DNA of 64,000 nt from Chloroflexota bacterium (lineage in GTDB: Bacteria; Chloroflexota; Anaerolineae; UBA2200), in assembly GCA_014360755.1 (NCBI GenBank), contig JACIWX010000004.1, positions 13,172 through 77,171 of the forward strand. Direction: 5' to 3'. The notes beneath the pieces were generated by a model that did not search any database, was not told the origin of the DNA, and was given only the letters and a program-made list of their open reading frames with translations. Positions 9,588-19,612 of the stretch are shown piece by piece. Positions within the stretch are counted from its first letter, which is position 1; every line of letters starts with the position of its first letter. The position numbers and the translations under genes are program-made.

Positions 9588-10346
9588 ATGAAAAAGGTTG
9601 GACTGAGAGAAGTGCTCAATCTGCTTGCCTTTCTTGGCACAGTTACTGTAAACGGCTTAGCCAATGCTTTGCCCATTAATGGCCAGACCACGGGGGAGAT
9701 ATCCGATCGTTTCCAGGTTTATTTCGTCCCGGCGGGCTATGTTTTCTCCATTTGGGGGCTAATTTATCTGGGGCTATTGGGGTTTGTTGTGTATCAACTG
9801 CTGCCCACGCAAAGAAGCAGCCAGCGACTAGGGCGCATTGGCTATTGGTTTGTCCTGAGCTGTTTAGCAAATAGTCTATGGATTCTCCTCTGGCACTATG
9901 AGTTCTTTGCGCTGACCGTAGCGGTGATGCTGATCCTCCTTATCTCGCTTATTGCCATTTACCTGCGCTTGGACATCGGCCGCGTGCAGGTTGCAACAGC
10001 CGAGAAGTGGCTGGTAGACACCCCATTTAGTATTTACCTGGGCTGGATCACGGTAGCGACCGTGGCGAATGTCACAGCGCTTCTATCGTATTGGAATTGG
10101 AGTGGCTGGGGCATCGGTGCGCAGGTCTGGGCGGTCATCATGCTGGTCATCGCCACAGCACTAGCGGCAGCAATGAGCTTGACCCGCCGCGATATTGCCT
10201 ATGCCCTGGTCATTGTGTGGGCTTTTGTCGGTATTGCCGTCAAGCAAGGCGGGACACCACTCGTGGTTTGGAGCGCTGCATTGCTGGCAGTGATGGTGGC
10301 GGCCATAGGGGCGATCGGTGTGCTGCGGAGAAAGCCGGTAGTGTAA
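9588..10346 (+). CDS. Polytopic Trp-rich membrane protein, TspO/MBR-related
   Basis: About 7 hydrophobic segments; the N-terminal pattern NGLANALPINGQTTGEISDRF..FVPAGYVFSIWGLIYL is as in long TspO-like proteins. AAGGAGG Shine-Dalgarno. Confidence 0.5.
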   Translation: MKKVGLREVLNLLAFLGTVTVNGLANALPINGQTTGEISDRFQVYFVPAGYVFSIWGLIYLGLLGFVVYQLLPTQRSSQRLGRIGYWFVLSCLANSLWILLWHYEFFALTVAVMLILLISLIAIYLRLDIGRVQVATAEKWLVDTPFSIYLGWITVATVANVTALLSYWNWSGWGIGAQVWAVIMLVIATALAAAMSLTRRDIAYALVIVWAFVGIAVKQGGTPLVVWSAALLAVMVAAIGAIGVLRRKPVV

Positions 10347-10360
10347 CAAGCAGCAACATT

Positions 10361-10514
10361 GAGAGTGTTGAAAAAGCCCTTTCAGTGTCATGCTGAACGA
10401 AGTGAAGCATCTCACAGTACTTGGGAAAATACGGCTAAAGTTACGCGAGACCCCTTCGTTATACTCAGGGCAGGCTCTTCGCTTGCTCAGGGTGACAAGA
10501 TTTTCAACACTCTC
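10361..10514 (+). mobile_element. MITE-like palindromic repeat, copy 1 (154 bp)
   Basis: Terminal inverted repeats gagagtgttgaaaa / ttttcaacactctc. Flanked by direct repeats aacatt (10355-10360 and 10515-20). Near-identical blocks occur at 31553-31730 and, inverted, at 44528-44667. Confidence 0.8.
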
Positions 10515-10545
10515 AACATTGAGAGATCAAGAAAATGCGGTGGAA

Positions 10546-12399
10546 ATGGTCATCCCGCTGAGGAGCAGACATCACCGAAATGATTGGCTTGTTGATGCAG
10601 TGCTGTGCATCTCCATAGCGGGCTTGGCTTGCTCACTATATGTGCACACGTTGGCACCGTCGGTGTTGATCAGCGATTTGGGTGAGTACCAGTTTGTTCT
10701 GTACGAACTGGGTATCCCCCATCCTACCGGTTATCCTCTATATGTCCTTTTGGGCTATCTGTGGAGCCGTTTGCCCATTGGTTCAGTAGCGTACCGTATC
10801 AACTTGCTTTCTGCTGTCTTGGGAGCGGTAACGCTTGTACTTGTGTACCTGGGGTTACGGGATTGGACAAGGTACCGAGGAGTTGCTCTTGGTTTGACCC
10901 TCTTTTTCGCTGTGACGCCCACCTTTTGGTCTCAGATGCTCGTTGCCGGTAGCTATCCACTGAACGCGCTGCTTTTTGCACTGCTCCTCTACTTAGTTTT
11001 GTGTTACCTGGAGGATAGAGTGCGTGTAGAGTGGCTGCTGTTCGTGTTTGGGCTGGGGCTGGCGCATCACCGCACGATGATCCTGGTTACTCCAGCGTTG
11101 TTATATCTAATCTGGCAACGTCGCCAAGAGCGCTGGGAGTGGAAACGCATGCTAAAGGGAGTAGGATATCTGCTCGCACCTTTGCTGCTATATGCCTACA
11201 TTCCCATTCGCGCCTTCCAGCTCGGTCGCGATGATCTGACAACTGTCCCGGCGTTAGTTTCCTTTCTTTCTGGCAGGGTGTTCTCTGGTTTATTATTTCA
11301 ACAAGGCTGGGCAGGGCTGCCTAGCCAAATCGCGAAGTGGGTTGGATGGACAGTGCAGGAGCTCACGCCAATAGGCGTCTTGCTTGCCTTAGTTGGTATT
11401 GGCGTAGCCTGGCGTCATTGCCGCCCTTTTAGTCAGTTTACTATATTGGCTTACCTGGGGCATCTGGCTTTCAACCTGAACTATTACATTGGCAACATTT
11501 ATATCTATTACATCCCGTCCTACATGATCCTGTTGTTTTGGGCAGGGAGTTCTCTCTATGGGGTGTGTCGCTGGTTGGAACAGGCGGCTGATAAACGCGG
11601 ATGGCTACAAGTTGGAATCAGCGGCATATTGCTGGCGAGTGCCCTCCTGCGAGCCGTTGCCATTTACCCGATGGTCGATATGAGCCACGAGTACACGATG
11701 GAGAACCTCTGGCTGGATGCTTTCGCACTCCCGTTGGCAAAGGGAGGGGCAGTGCTTGCCAACTGGAACAAGCATACCTCGTTGGTTTACTATCAGCGCG
11801 TGGAAAAGCGGCGACCTGATTTACAACCTTTCATCGCCACGGATGAAAACGTACACCGGGCTATGGCGGAGGGGCGCGCGCTGTATGCTGCTGATCTGCC
11901 TCCTACCTTGGACCCTTTTTCTCTTTCCTGTATGGGACCGCTGATCGAGATACGTCCCCGCCCTTACCATCTGGCTGATATTCCTATCGCTTTTCCCACT
12001 GATGTCGTATTCGGCGGGTTTCTTCGACTACACGGTTATGACTTTACTTACCTCCGCCGGGATGTAGAGGGAAATGAGCGTTACCTCGTTACTTTATACT
12101 GGTCCCTTGTTACACCTACAGAGCGCACACTGGCTGTTTCGGTGCGTCTGTATACAGGCAACAGCCTGCTCATCCAGGTGGATGGCTTGCCTGTGCGGGG
12201 GTATTATCCACTGGCACGTTGGCAGCCAGGAGAGGTAGTCATTGACCAGTATATACTGCGCTTATCACAAGCACAGCAACCGCTGGATAAGAAGGCGGAG
12301 TTAGAGGTAGTTGTCTATACCCCCGATGACATGCAACCGTTGGTCGTAGAAGGAACGGAAGAAAAAGCATACAGGCTGGGCATAGTTGTCTTGCCATAG
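10546..12399 (+). CDS. DUF2723 family membrane protein (TMEM260/PMT-like putative glycosyltransferase)
   Basis: N-terminal DLGEYQFVLYELGIPHPTGYPLY motif and many TM segments. The ORF track start at 10390 lies inside the MITE, so the ATG at 10546 is used. Confidence 0.8.
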   Translation: MVIPLRSRHHRNDWLVDAVLCISIAGLACSLYVHTLAPSVLISDLGEYQFVLYELGIPHPTGYPLYVLLGYLWSRLPIGSVAYRINLLSAVLGAVTLVLVYLGLRDWTRYRGVALGLTLFFAVTPTFWSQMLVAGSYPLNALLFALLLYLVLCYLEDRVRVEWLLFVFGLGLAHHRTMILVTPALLYLIWQRRQERWEWKRMLKGVGYLLAPLLLYAYIPIRAFQLGRDDLTTVPALVSFLSGRVFSGLLFQQGWAGLPSQIAKWVGWTVQELTPIGVLLALVGIGVAWRHCRPFSQFTILAYLGHLAFNLNYYIGNIYIYYIPSYMILLFWAGSSLYGVCRWLEQAADKRGWLQVGISGILLASALLRAVAIYPMVDMSHEYTMENLWLDAFALPLAKGGAVLANWNKHTSLVYYQRVEKRRPDLQPFIATDENVHRAMAEGRALYAADLPPTLDPFSLSCMGPLIEIRPRPYHLADIPIAFPTDVVFGGFLRLHGYDFTYLRRDVEGNERYLVTLYWSLVTPTERTLAVSVRLYTGNSLLIQVDGLPVRGYYPLARWQPGEVVIDQYILRLSQAQQPLDKKAELEVVVYTPDDMQPLVVEGTEEKAYRLGIVVLP

Positions 12400-12412
12400 A
12401 GCGCTTGTTTGT

Positions 12413-13225
12413 CTAGCCAAAAGCCACATCCAGGATCATCATGGCGGCGAAGCCAACCATGGCGCCCATAGTAGCCCAATCGGTGTTGCCGCCGCGCTGC
12501 GATTCAGGCACGAGCTCCTCGACTACGACAAAGATCATCGCACCTGCCGCGAAAGCCAGGGCATAGGGGAGGGCGGGTTGCGCGATGAGGACGGCGGCTG
12601 CTCCGAGCACACCCGCAATGGGCTCCACGAGAGCGGACAATTGCCCGTACCAGAAGCTTTTCAACGGCGACATGCCCTCACGGCGCAGGGGCATGGAGAC
12701 AGCCATGCCTTCAGGAAAGTTTTGGATCCCGATGCCAATGGCGAGGGCGATAGCGCTAGCCAAGGTGGCCGAAGGCAAGCCGGCGGCAACCGCACCAAAG
12801 GCAACGCCCACAGCCAATCCTTCGGGGAAGTTGTGCAAGGTGATTGCCAGCACAAGCAGCGTGATGCGGCGGAATGTAGTATGGATGCCCTCTGCTTCTT
12901 CGGGTGGAGCGCCCGGATGCAGGTGTGGCAGGATTAAATCAATGCCGCGTAGAAACAGACCCCCCGCGAGAAAACCCATGGCAGCGGGGAACCAAGCGGG
13001 TACACTCTTACCTTCTGACATCTCGAGGGCAGGGGCAAGCAGGGACCAATAACTGGCCGCGATCATCACCCCAGCGGCAAAGCCAAGCAGTGTATCCAGC
13101 GTCTTTTTGCTGATGTCTTTGGCAGTGAAGACTGAGGCGGCTCCCAGAGCAGTGAGCCCCCAAGTAAAACAAGTGGCTAACAATGCCTGTAAGACGGGAT
13201 GCAAACTTGCAAAAATGTCAGCCAT
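12413..13225 (-). CDS. ZIP family divalent-metal (zinc) transporter
   Basis: About 8 TM segments; the HNFPEGLAVG and QNFPEGMAV motifs are characteristic of ZupT/ZIP. Confidence 0.88.
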   Translation of the reverse strand: MADIFASLHPVLQALLATCFTWGLTALGAASVFTAKDISKKTLDTLLGFAAGVMIAASYWSLLAPALEMSEGKSVPAWFPAAMGFLAGGLFLRGIDLILPHLHPGAPPEEAEGIHTTFRRITLLVLAITLHNFPEGLAVGVAFGAVAAGLPSATLASAIALAIGIGIQNFPEGMAVSMPLRREGMSPLKSFWYGQLSALVEPIAGVLGAAAVLIAQPALPYALAFAAGAMIFVVVEELVPESQRGGNTDWATMGAMVGFAAMMILDVAFG

Positions 13226-13227
13226 CT

Positions 13228-15810
13228 TTATGAACGTTTTGCTTTCTCCTGCAGCTCATAGAGTTTGTTGATTGCCTCCAGCGGCGACATCGAAGAAATG
13301 TCCAACTCCTTCAGTTCGTCCAGCACAGGGTGGTTGGCAGGGAAGAGGGACAATTGTTGCACCTGCATCACGCGGCGAGGAGCGGTACCTGCGGGTGAAC
13401 GCTGCACTTCTTCTTCCAGTTTTTTCAGAATCTCTTCTGCTCGGCGTATCACTGGCTTGGGCAAGCCAGCCAATTGGGCAACGTGGATGCCGTAACTGCG
13501 GTCTGCACCCCCAGGCACAATTTTACGCAGAAAGACCACCCGATCCTCCTCCTCTGCCACTGCCACATTGTAGTTGCGCACGCGGGGCAGGAACCTCGCC
13601 AATTCGGTTAGTTCGTGATAATGGGTCGCGAAAAGGGTTTTTGCCTGAAGACGAGGATGGTTGTGGATGTATTCCACGACGGCCCAGGCGATGGAAATGC
13701 CATCGTAAGTGCTCGTGCCACGCCCGATTTCATCCAGGATCAGCAAACTACGTTTCGTAGCGTGGTTGAGGATGTTCGCCGTCTCCACCATTTCTACCAT
13801 AAAGGTGCTTTGCCCCGCACTGATTTCATCCTGTGCACCCACGCGGGTGAAAATACGATCCACTAGGCCAATTTCTGCGGACTCAGCGGGCACGAAGGAA
13901 CCAATCTGCGCCATCAGCACAATAAGCGCAACCTGGCGCAGATAGGTGCTCTTGCCCGACATGTTCGGCCCTGTGATCACCAGGATTGCTTCTTGTGGTG
14001 AAAGGTGCGTGTCATTGGGCACAAAAGGCTCTTCGTGCAGGGTCAATTCGACCACTGGGTGGCGTCCACCGATGATATGGATGGAGTCTCCTTCGGTCAG
14101 GGTTGGGCGTACGTAACGATTGCGTTGCGCCACTTCAGCGAATGCTGCATACACGTCTATCTCTGCAAGAGCACGGGCAGTGGCGAGCATGCGTTGGGCG
14201 GCAGCCCCCACCTGTTCGCAGACTTGCAGGTAAATCTGGCGTTCCAATTCCGCGCGGCGCTCCTCGGCGTTAAGGATAAGCGATTCGTGTTCTTTCAGCT
14301 CCGGGGTGATAAAGCGCTCCGCATTGACCAGCGTCTGCTTGCGAATGTAATCCTTGGGCACCGCATCTAAATTGGCTTTGGTCACTTCGATATAATAGCC
14401 AAAGACTTTGTTATATCCCACCTTCAAGGACTTGATACCCGTGCGTTCGCGCTCCTGACGTTCCAGATTGGCAACCCAGGCTTTGGCATTGCGCGCTGCA
14501 TTTAACACCGTATCCAGCTCAGCGGAAAAGCCGCGTGCGATGACGCCTCCTGCCGCTAGCGTTGCCGGAGGGTCAGGCACGATAGCCCGTGAAATCAGCG
14601 TAACTACTTCAGGGCATGGATCGAGGGATTCTGCCAAAGCGGCGATACAAGGGGATGTAGCCATTTCTCGCAGCAGGGGGATGATTTCGGACACGGTCTG
14701 TAGTGAATTGCGCAGCCCAATCAGATCGCGCGGTGTAACAATGCGTTGCACGACGCGGTTGGTCAGCCGTTCCATATCGGCGACGCGCTTGAGCAAAGTG
14801 CGCAAGGCGGTGCGCCGGGGGATGTCGTCGTAAAAGGCCTGCACACCGTCCAAGCGGCGCTCCAAAGCGGCTAGGTCGAGTAATGGCTGGCTGAGCCATT
14901 GCCGCAAAAGTCTGCTGCCCATCGCCGTCTGGGTATCGTCTAGCACGCCCAGCAGTGAGCCGCGCACCGTGCCACTGCGGATAGTGCTCACAAGTTCCAG
15001 GTTGCGGCGTGTGGTTGCGTCGAGAGTCATAAATGCCTGTGTAGAGTAAGTGGATAACTGCGTGAGTTGCTGCACAGCCTTTTTTTGCGTTTCTTGCAGG
15101 TATTGCACAATGGCACCGGCTGCGGATATGGCGAGAGGTAAACCTGCACAGCCATAGCCATCGAGCGAAGCAACTTCAAAATGTTCGAGCAAGGCGCGTT
15201 GTGCGTTCCCCACATCGAAATGCCAGTCCGCGTATTTCGTGAAGGTATATTTGTTGGTCCATTCCTCTGGCAGGCTTATCTTTTCACTGATTAGCACTTC
15301 GGCTGGCTGCAGCCGTTCTATCTCTTGCCATGCCTGCTGTAAGGGCTGCTTGCCATCGAACTGCGTGGTCTTGAACTCGCCTGTGGTGATGTCCGTATAA
15401 GCCAGGCCTACTCGCTCCGGATGGAAAGCAAGGGCTGTCAGATAGTTATGGCGTTTTTCTTCCAGCAGGGCAGGTTCGACTACTGTGCCTGGTGTGACCA
15501 CGCGCACTACTTCGCGTCCCATCAAGCCCTTTGTCTCTTCCTGTTCCACCTGCTCGACGATGGCGACTTTGTGTCCAGCGGAAATCAACTTGGCTAGGTA
15601 GCTCTCAACTGCATGGTAGGGAACGCCAGCCAGGGGCACGCGTTCCCCCTTCCCAACCGGACGTGAAGTGAGCACGATGTCGCACACTTCTGAGACCAGC
15701 TTGGCATCGTCGTCAAAAGTCTCGTAAAAGTCGCCCAGGCGAAAGAGGACAATCGCATCCGGGAAGCGCTTCTTGATACGCAGATACTGTCTGCGCACAA
15801 GCGTAGTCAT
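13228..15810 (-). CDS. mutS: DNA mismatch repair protein MutS
   Basis: N-terminal RLGDFYETFDDDA, Walker A GPNMSGKST, and STFMVEM...DEIGRGTSTYDG. Confidence 0.97.
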   Translation of the reverse strand: MTTLVRRQYLRIKKRFPDAIVLFRLGDFYETFDDDAKLVSEVCDIVLTSRPVGKGERVPLAGVPYHAVESYLAKLISAGHKVAIVEQVEQEETKGLMGREVVRVVTPGTVVEPALLEEKRHNYLTALAFHPERVGLAYTDITTGEFKTTQFDGKQPLQQAWQEIERLQPAEVLISEKISLPEEWTNKYTFTKYADWHFDVGNAQRALLEHFEVASLDGYGCAGLPLAISAAGAIVQYLQETQKKAVQQLTQLSTYSTQAFMTLDATTRRNLELVSTIRSGTVRGSLLGVLDDTQTAMGSRLLRQWLSQPLLDLAALERRLDGVQAFYDDIPRRTALRTLLKRVADMERLTNRVVQRIVTPRDLIGLRNSLQTVSEIIPLLREMATSPCIAALAESLDPCPEVVTLISRAIVPDPPATLAAGGVIARGFSAELDTVLNAARNAKAWVANLERQERERTGIKSLKVGYNKVFGYYIEVTKANLDAVPKDYIRKQTLVNAERFITPELKEHESLILNAEERRAELERQIYLQVCEQVGAAAQRMLATARALAEIDVYAAFAEVAQRNRYVRPTLTEGDSIHIIGGRHPVVELTLHEEPFVPNDTHLSPQEAILVITGPNMSGKSTYLRQVALIVLMAQIGSFVPAESAEIGLVDRIFTRVGAQDEISAGQSTFMVEMVETANILNHATKRSLLILDEIGRGTSTYDGISIAWAVVEYIHNHPRLQAKTLFATHYHELTELARFLPRVRNYNVAVAEEEDRVVFLRKIVPGGADRSYGIHVAQLAGLPKPVIRRAEEILKKLEEEVQRSPAGTAPRRVMQVQQLSLFPANHPVLDELKELDISSMSPLEAINKLYELQEKAKRS

Positions 15811-16139
15811 GTCCCTCTCCAGTTAACTTCTGGCTGATTGGATAAGCCAAGTATAACGTACAAGTACGGTGCTGTCAAAGCAAAAATGCCCCAGGCGCAG
15901 GATAAAATTCTGCATCGGGATTTGACAAGAAAATAAATCAGATTAAGATATATGTTGACTCGTGCGGAACGCTTGTTCAATGGGGAACAGCGACAATACA
16001 TTGTAGATTCCCCTCACACAGTGCCGCTGATTCCCGCTCCATTGAAAGGAGGTGGTGAGTCGGCAAGTAAGCCATACCAGGCAATGCTTTACCTCGGTGA
16101 GAGGTAGAAGATTTTGGTATGCTATAGGAGGGGAGAAAA

Positions 16140-17855
16140 ATGAATACGATCTTTGTCTTAATCATTGCCGCCATTGCTTTGTTTTTGGGTTATGGGGTGT
16201 ACGCGCGCCGGATTGATCGCGATGTGATCCAACCCGACCCCAAGAGAGCCTGCCCGGCGAAATTGTACATGGACGGAGTGGATTTTATCCCCGCCAGCCG
16301 CAACGTCCTCTTTGGCTACCAATTCAAATCCATCGCTGCTCTTGGCCCCATCCTCGGTCCTATTGCAGCGGTGCAATGGGGCTGGCTGCCGGCGCTGTTG
16401 TGGATTATCTTTGGCACTTCCTTCATCGGCTGGGTGCAGGATTATGCCAGCATGATGATGGGCGTGCGTCGCGATGGAGATACTTTAGGAGCATTGAGCT
16501 ATAAGCTCATTTCCCCCCGTGCGCGCAACATTCTGATGCTTTTCCTGTATTTCTACCTGCTGCTGATCATGGGTGCATTTGGCAACACGGTTGGGAAAGG
16601 CTTGATGATTAACCCCAAAGTTCCCTTGGGCATGATCATTGTGACGCTGGCAGGCATCCTGGCTGGTCAGATGCTTTATAAGATGAAGCAGGATATTGTT
16701 CTTACCTCTATCGTTGCAGTTGCGATTTCTTTCCTGGGCATTGGGATCAGCACACTGCCGGCCGTGTCCAATATCTTCTCTGGCCTTTATGGCCTACCCA
16801 AATCACCGGTCGTGTTCCTCACTGTGACCAGGGCACAGTTCATTGGCACCTTGCTCGTTTTCGTTTTCTGCTACCTGGGTTCCGTGCTGCCTATCTGGTC
16901 ATGGGCACAGCCAGTGAACTATGTCTCCTTCTGGATCATCGCCTTGGGGATGCTGGGGGGTGTGCTGGGCATGCTCATCTGGCGGCCAGGTATGGGTGAG
17001 TTCCCTGCGTTCACCCAGTGGAGCATTCCTACCGGGCCGTTGTGGCCCATGCTGTTTGTCACTATCGCCTGCGGTGCCATCTCTGGTTGGCACAGCCTGG
17101 TGTCCACCTCTGGTACAGCGCGCCAGTTGGAGTGTGAGACAGATGCTCTGCCTGTAGGGGGCGGCGCCATGTTCATGGAGATGGTCCTGGCTACGATTGC
17201 CTTTTTGACTGCCACGGTCGCTTTCGGTAGCCTGGCCGCTTACAAGGAGACGCTAGGGAAGGTGGCCGCGTTGGGAGTATTCGCGGAGGGTTTGGCACGC
17301 TTCCTGGATCATATTGGCGTACCCCATGACTTTGGCGTAGCCTACGGCTCTGTCTTCCTGACCATCATGGGCTTGACCATCATGCAATTGGCGGTGCGTT
17401 TCATGCGCGTGGCCAGCGCTGAGTTGCTTGGGGACAAAGTGCCTGTTTTTAAGAATGTGCATGTGGGCACCATCGTGGCTCTGATTTTGACGGCTATCTT
17501 TGTCTGGATTGTGCCTTGGCTGACCATTTGGACCGCCTTTGGTGCTGCCAACCAACTGATGGCTGGCTTGGCTTTGCTGCTGATTTCGCTATGGTTAAAG
17601 GAGGAAGGGAAGAGGAACACCTGGGCACTCTATCCTTCCATCTTCATGCTTGTTACAACCGTAGCAGCGCTCATCTTGCTGGCTTACAACCAATTCAAGG
17701 GGATCGCAGTGGCCAAGACTTCTCAGGCAGCGATTGCTGCGGCGCTGGTGGCAATCATCGCGGTAGTTTTGATTGTGGCGGCGGCATTTCTCATTGCAGA
17801 TGGCTGGAAGGCGCTACAGAAGCGGCGCCCGGAGATGGCTAAGAAAACGCCATAA
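16140..17855 (+). CDS. cstA: Carbon starvation protein CstA family transporter
   Basis: 571 aa and polytopic; the FGYQFKSIAALGPILGPIAAVQWGWLPALLWI pattern is typical of CstA. Confidence 0.88.
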   Translation: MNTIFVLIIAAIALFLGYGVYARRIDRDVIQPDPKRACPAKLYMDGVDFIPASRNVLFGYQFKSIAALGPILGPIAAVQWGWLPALLWIIFGTSFIGWVQDYASMMMGVRRDGDTLGALSYKLISPRARNILMLFLYFYLLLIMGAFGNTVGKGLMINPKVPLGMIIVTLAGILAGQMLYKMKQDIVLTSIVAVAISFLGIGISTLPAVSNIFSGLYGLPKSPVVFLTVTRAQFIGTLLVFVFCYLGSVLPIWSWAQPVNYVSFWIIALGMLGGVLGMLIWRPGMGEFPAFTQWSIPTGPLWPMLFVTIACGAISGWHSLVSTSGTARQLECETDALPVGGGAMFMEMVLATIAFLTATVAFGSLAAYKETLGKVAALGVFAEGLARFLDHIGVPHDFGVAYGSVFLTIMGLTIMQLAVRFMRVASAELLGDKVPVFKNVHVGTIVALILTAIFVWIVPWLTIWTAFGAANQLMAGLALLLISLWLKEEGKRNTWALYPSIFMLVTTVAALILLAYNQFKGIAVAKTSQAAIAAALVAIIAVVLIVAAAFLIADGWKALQKRRPEMAKKTP

Positions 17856-17926
17856 TCAAATCCTGTCTTGTACGGCAGGGGCCTGCCGAAGCCTCCTGCT
17901 GTACAAGGCCCGACTGGTACAGACCA

Positions 17927-17957
17927 GAAACCAGGTTTCTAGCAGAAACCTGGTTTC
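17927..17957. promoter_or_regulatory. Nested palindrome GAAACCAGGTTTC-tagca-GAAACCTGGTTTC (candidate operator or hairpin)
   Basis: Two 13-bp units, each self-complementary and complementary to each other, 27 nt upstream of the GTG at 17984. Confidence 0.4.
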
Positions 17958-17983
17958 AAGTCATAAAAGAAGGATCGACATCG

Positions 17984-18277
17984 GTGCTGGATAGAGTGCA
18001 TAAGAAGCTCCGCAGAGCCATGCGCATGCTCAGCGAAATCCTTTACGGCATGACCGTTTTTGATTGGGTGCGCGGCTTGCGGCGCCAACGAGGGGAGATT
18101 GAGCAGCTTTTCATGCTCATCACCTTTGGTGACCTGATCGGAATTCCTGTCCTGCCTCCTTACTATGCCTTGCGCTTGTTGCCCTATGTGGTACCACACA
18201 TCAACCGCTGGAAGCATAGTTTGCTGCGGGAGCGAGATTGGACAGACTTGGCAGAACTGATTGAGGGAGTAGATTGA
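17984..18277 (+). CDS. Small conserved hypothetical protein, paralog A (97 aa)
   Basis: Shares the core LYGM...LF.LIT.GDL.G.P.LPPYY.LR.LPYVVP....WK...LRERD.TD with the next ORF. GTG start with GAAGGA upstream. Confidence 0.65.
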   Translation: MLDRVHKKLRRAMRMLSEILYGMTVFDWVRGLRRQRGEIEQLFMLITFGDLIGIPVLPPYYALRLLPYVVPHINRWKHSLLRERDWTDLAELIEGVD

Positions 18278-18332
18278 TTTTTCAAACTCGGTTTGATAAA
18301 ATCAAGGCAAATTTTTTAGAAAGGAGCCAAAG

Positions 18333-18614
18333 ATGACTGAGGAAGAAAAACAGGAGAGTGCACTTTCGCGTTTTGGCCGTTCGTTCAAAGAATTGCTCTA
18401 TGGCATGGCTGGTCATGACATGACCCGCTATGCGCTCAAGACGCGGGGCAGTATGGAGCACCTATTCATCCTGATCACCATGGGAGACTTGCTTGGCGTA
18501 CCCATTCTGCCGCCCTATTATTCATTGCGCATCCTGCCATACGTTGTGCCGCAAATCAGTACTTGGAAGCGGCGCATGTTGCGTGAGCGCGACCTGACAG
18601 ACGCGTTGGCTTAG
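18333..18614 (+). CDS. Small conserved hypothetical protein, paralog B (93 aa)
   Basis: Roughly 55-60 percent identical by eye to paralog A over about 73 residues. Strong GAAAGGAG Shine-Dalgarno. Confidence 0.7.
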   Translation: MTEEEKQESALSRFGRSFKELLYGMAGHDMTRYALKTRGSMEHLFILITMGDLLGVPILPPYYSLRILPYVVPQISTWKRRMLRERDLTDALA

Positions 18615-18628
18615 AAAGGAGCACACAC

Positions 18629-19612
18629 TTGACACTGCTTGCGCAAAGCTTCCGTGCCAATCCCAACCGCCGCTACATCGAATTCGGTGGCAAGGGTGGA
18701 TTGGGCAAGACAACCTTTTCTGCTGCTACCGCCTACTGGCTAGCCCAGCAGGGGTATAAAGTGCTGGTCTTTTCTGTAGACCCGCAAGCCTCGCTTTCGG
18801 ATATCTTTGAGCGCGATATTTTTGGCAAAGGGCCGATCGAGATCATTCCCAATCTCTTCGCACAAGAGATTGACGCTGACCGACGTATCAAGGATTACCA
18901 AGACGAGATCCGTCGCAAAATTCTCGATATGTATGGCATGGACACTGTGCCTGAGGAGATCGAGCACTATATCCAGGCTGCTGCTGCCGAGCCTGCTATG
19001 GAGGAAAGTGCCATTTTTGATGCAGTGGTGGATATTGTCGTCGGTGGTGACTATGACTATTACATCTACGACCTGGTGCCACTTGGCCATGCGCTGTACT
19101 ATTTGAGCATGGCTAGCATCTACAATGAATGGATTGAGAAGATCACCAAGTTGCGTGAAGAAATGCAGGAATATGCGCAGGTAGCAGCAATTCTGGAACG
19201 CAAGAAACAGACCGAAGAAGATCAGATATTGGCTGAGTTGCAATACATTCGGCAACGTATCAGCACTTCCTCCAGTATCCTCACTGATCGGGAAAGGACT
19301 GCCTTTTTCTTCGTGGTCACGCCGGAGGACATGATTATTCGCGACACCGTGAAAGCGGCTGCGCTGTTTGCCAAATATCAAGTGCCGATCTGTGGCTATA
19401 TTGTGAACCGCGTCATCCCACCAGAGTTGGCGCAACAGAATATCCCCGAGTATTTGCGCAACCGCATTGCTATGCAAGAGCGCTACCTAAAACAAATAGA
19501 GGAAACCTTTGGCAAAGATGTGCTGGCATGCGTGCCTGAATTTGAACGGGACATCACGGGGATGGAAATGATTGCCAAGGTAGCACATGCCCTGTATGGA
19601 GGTGAGGCATGA
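18629..19612 (+). CDS. ArsA/Get3-family P-loop ATPase, copy 1
   Basis: Deviant Walker A GGKGGLGKTT and DPQASLSD. The switch II region reads YDLVPLGHALYYL instead of DTAPTGHTLRLL. TTG start. Confidence 0.85.
   Translation: MTLLAQSFRANPNRRYIEFGGKGGLGKTTFSAATAYWLAQQGYKVLVFSVDPQASLSDIFERDIFGKGPIEIIPNLFAQEIDADRRIKDYQDEIRRKILDMYGMDTVPEEIEHYIQAAAAEPAMEESAIFDAVVDIVVGGDYDYYIYDLVPLGHALYYLSMASIYNEWIEKITKLREEMQEYAQVAAILERKKQTEEDQILAELQYIRQRISTSSSILTDRERTAFFFVVTPEDMIIRDTVKAAALFAKYQVPICGYIVNRVIPPELAQQNIPEYLRNRIAMQERYLKQIEETFGKDVLACVPEFERDITGMEMIAKVAHALYGGEA

Noticed and set aside
10161-10583. ORFs 10359-10583 (+), 10161-10415 (-) and the first 52 codons of ORF 10390-12399
   Set aside because: They are translations of the MITE-like repeat. 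The same peptide fragments (for example SFSMTLKGLFQHS and LRETPS../GDKIFNTL) recur wherever the repeat occurs, in either orientation.
15811-16139. 329-nt mutS/cstA divergent intergenic region as a possible riboswitch or leader RNA
   Set aside because: Some local complementarity is present (ggggaa...ttcccc), but I recognise no known riboswitch core. It probably holds just two divergent promoters.
17866-17908. Inverted repeat cttgtacggcagg...cctgctgtacaag after cstA as an intrinsic terminator
   Set aside because: The stem has a mismatch and a long loop, and no T-tract follows. It may still be a weak or Rho-assisted stop signal, but that cannot be supported from sequence alone.
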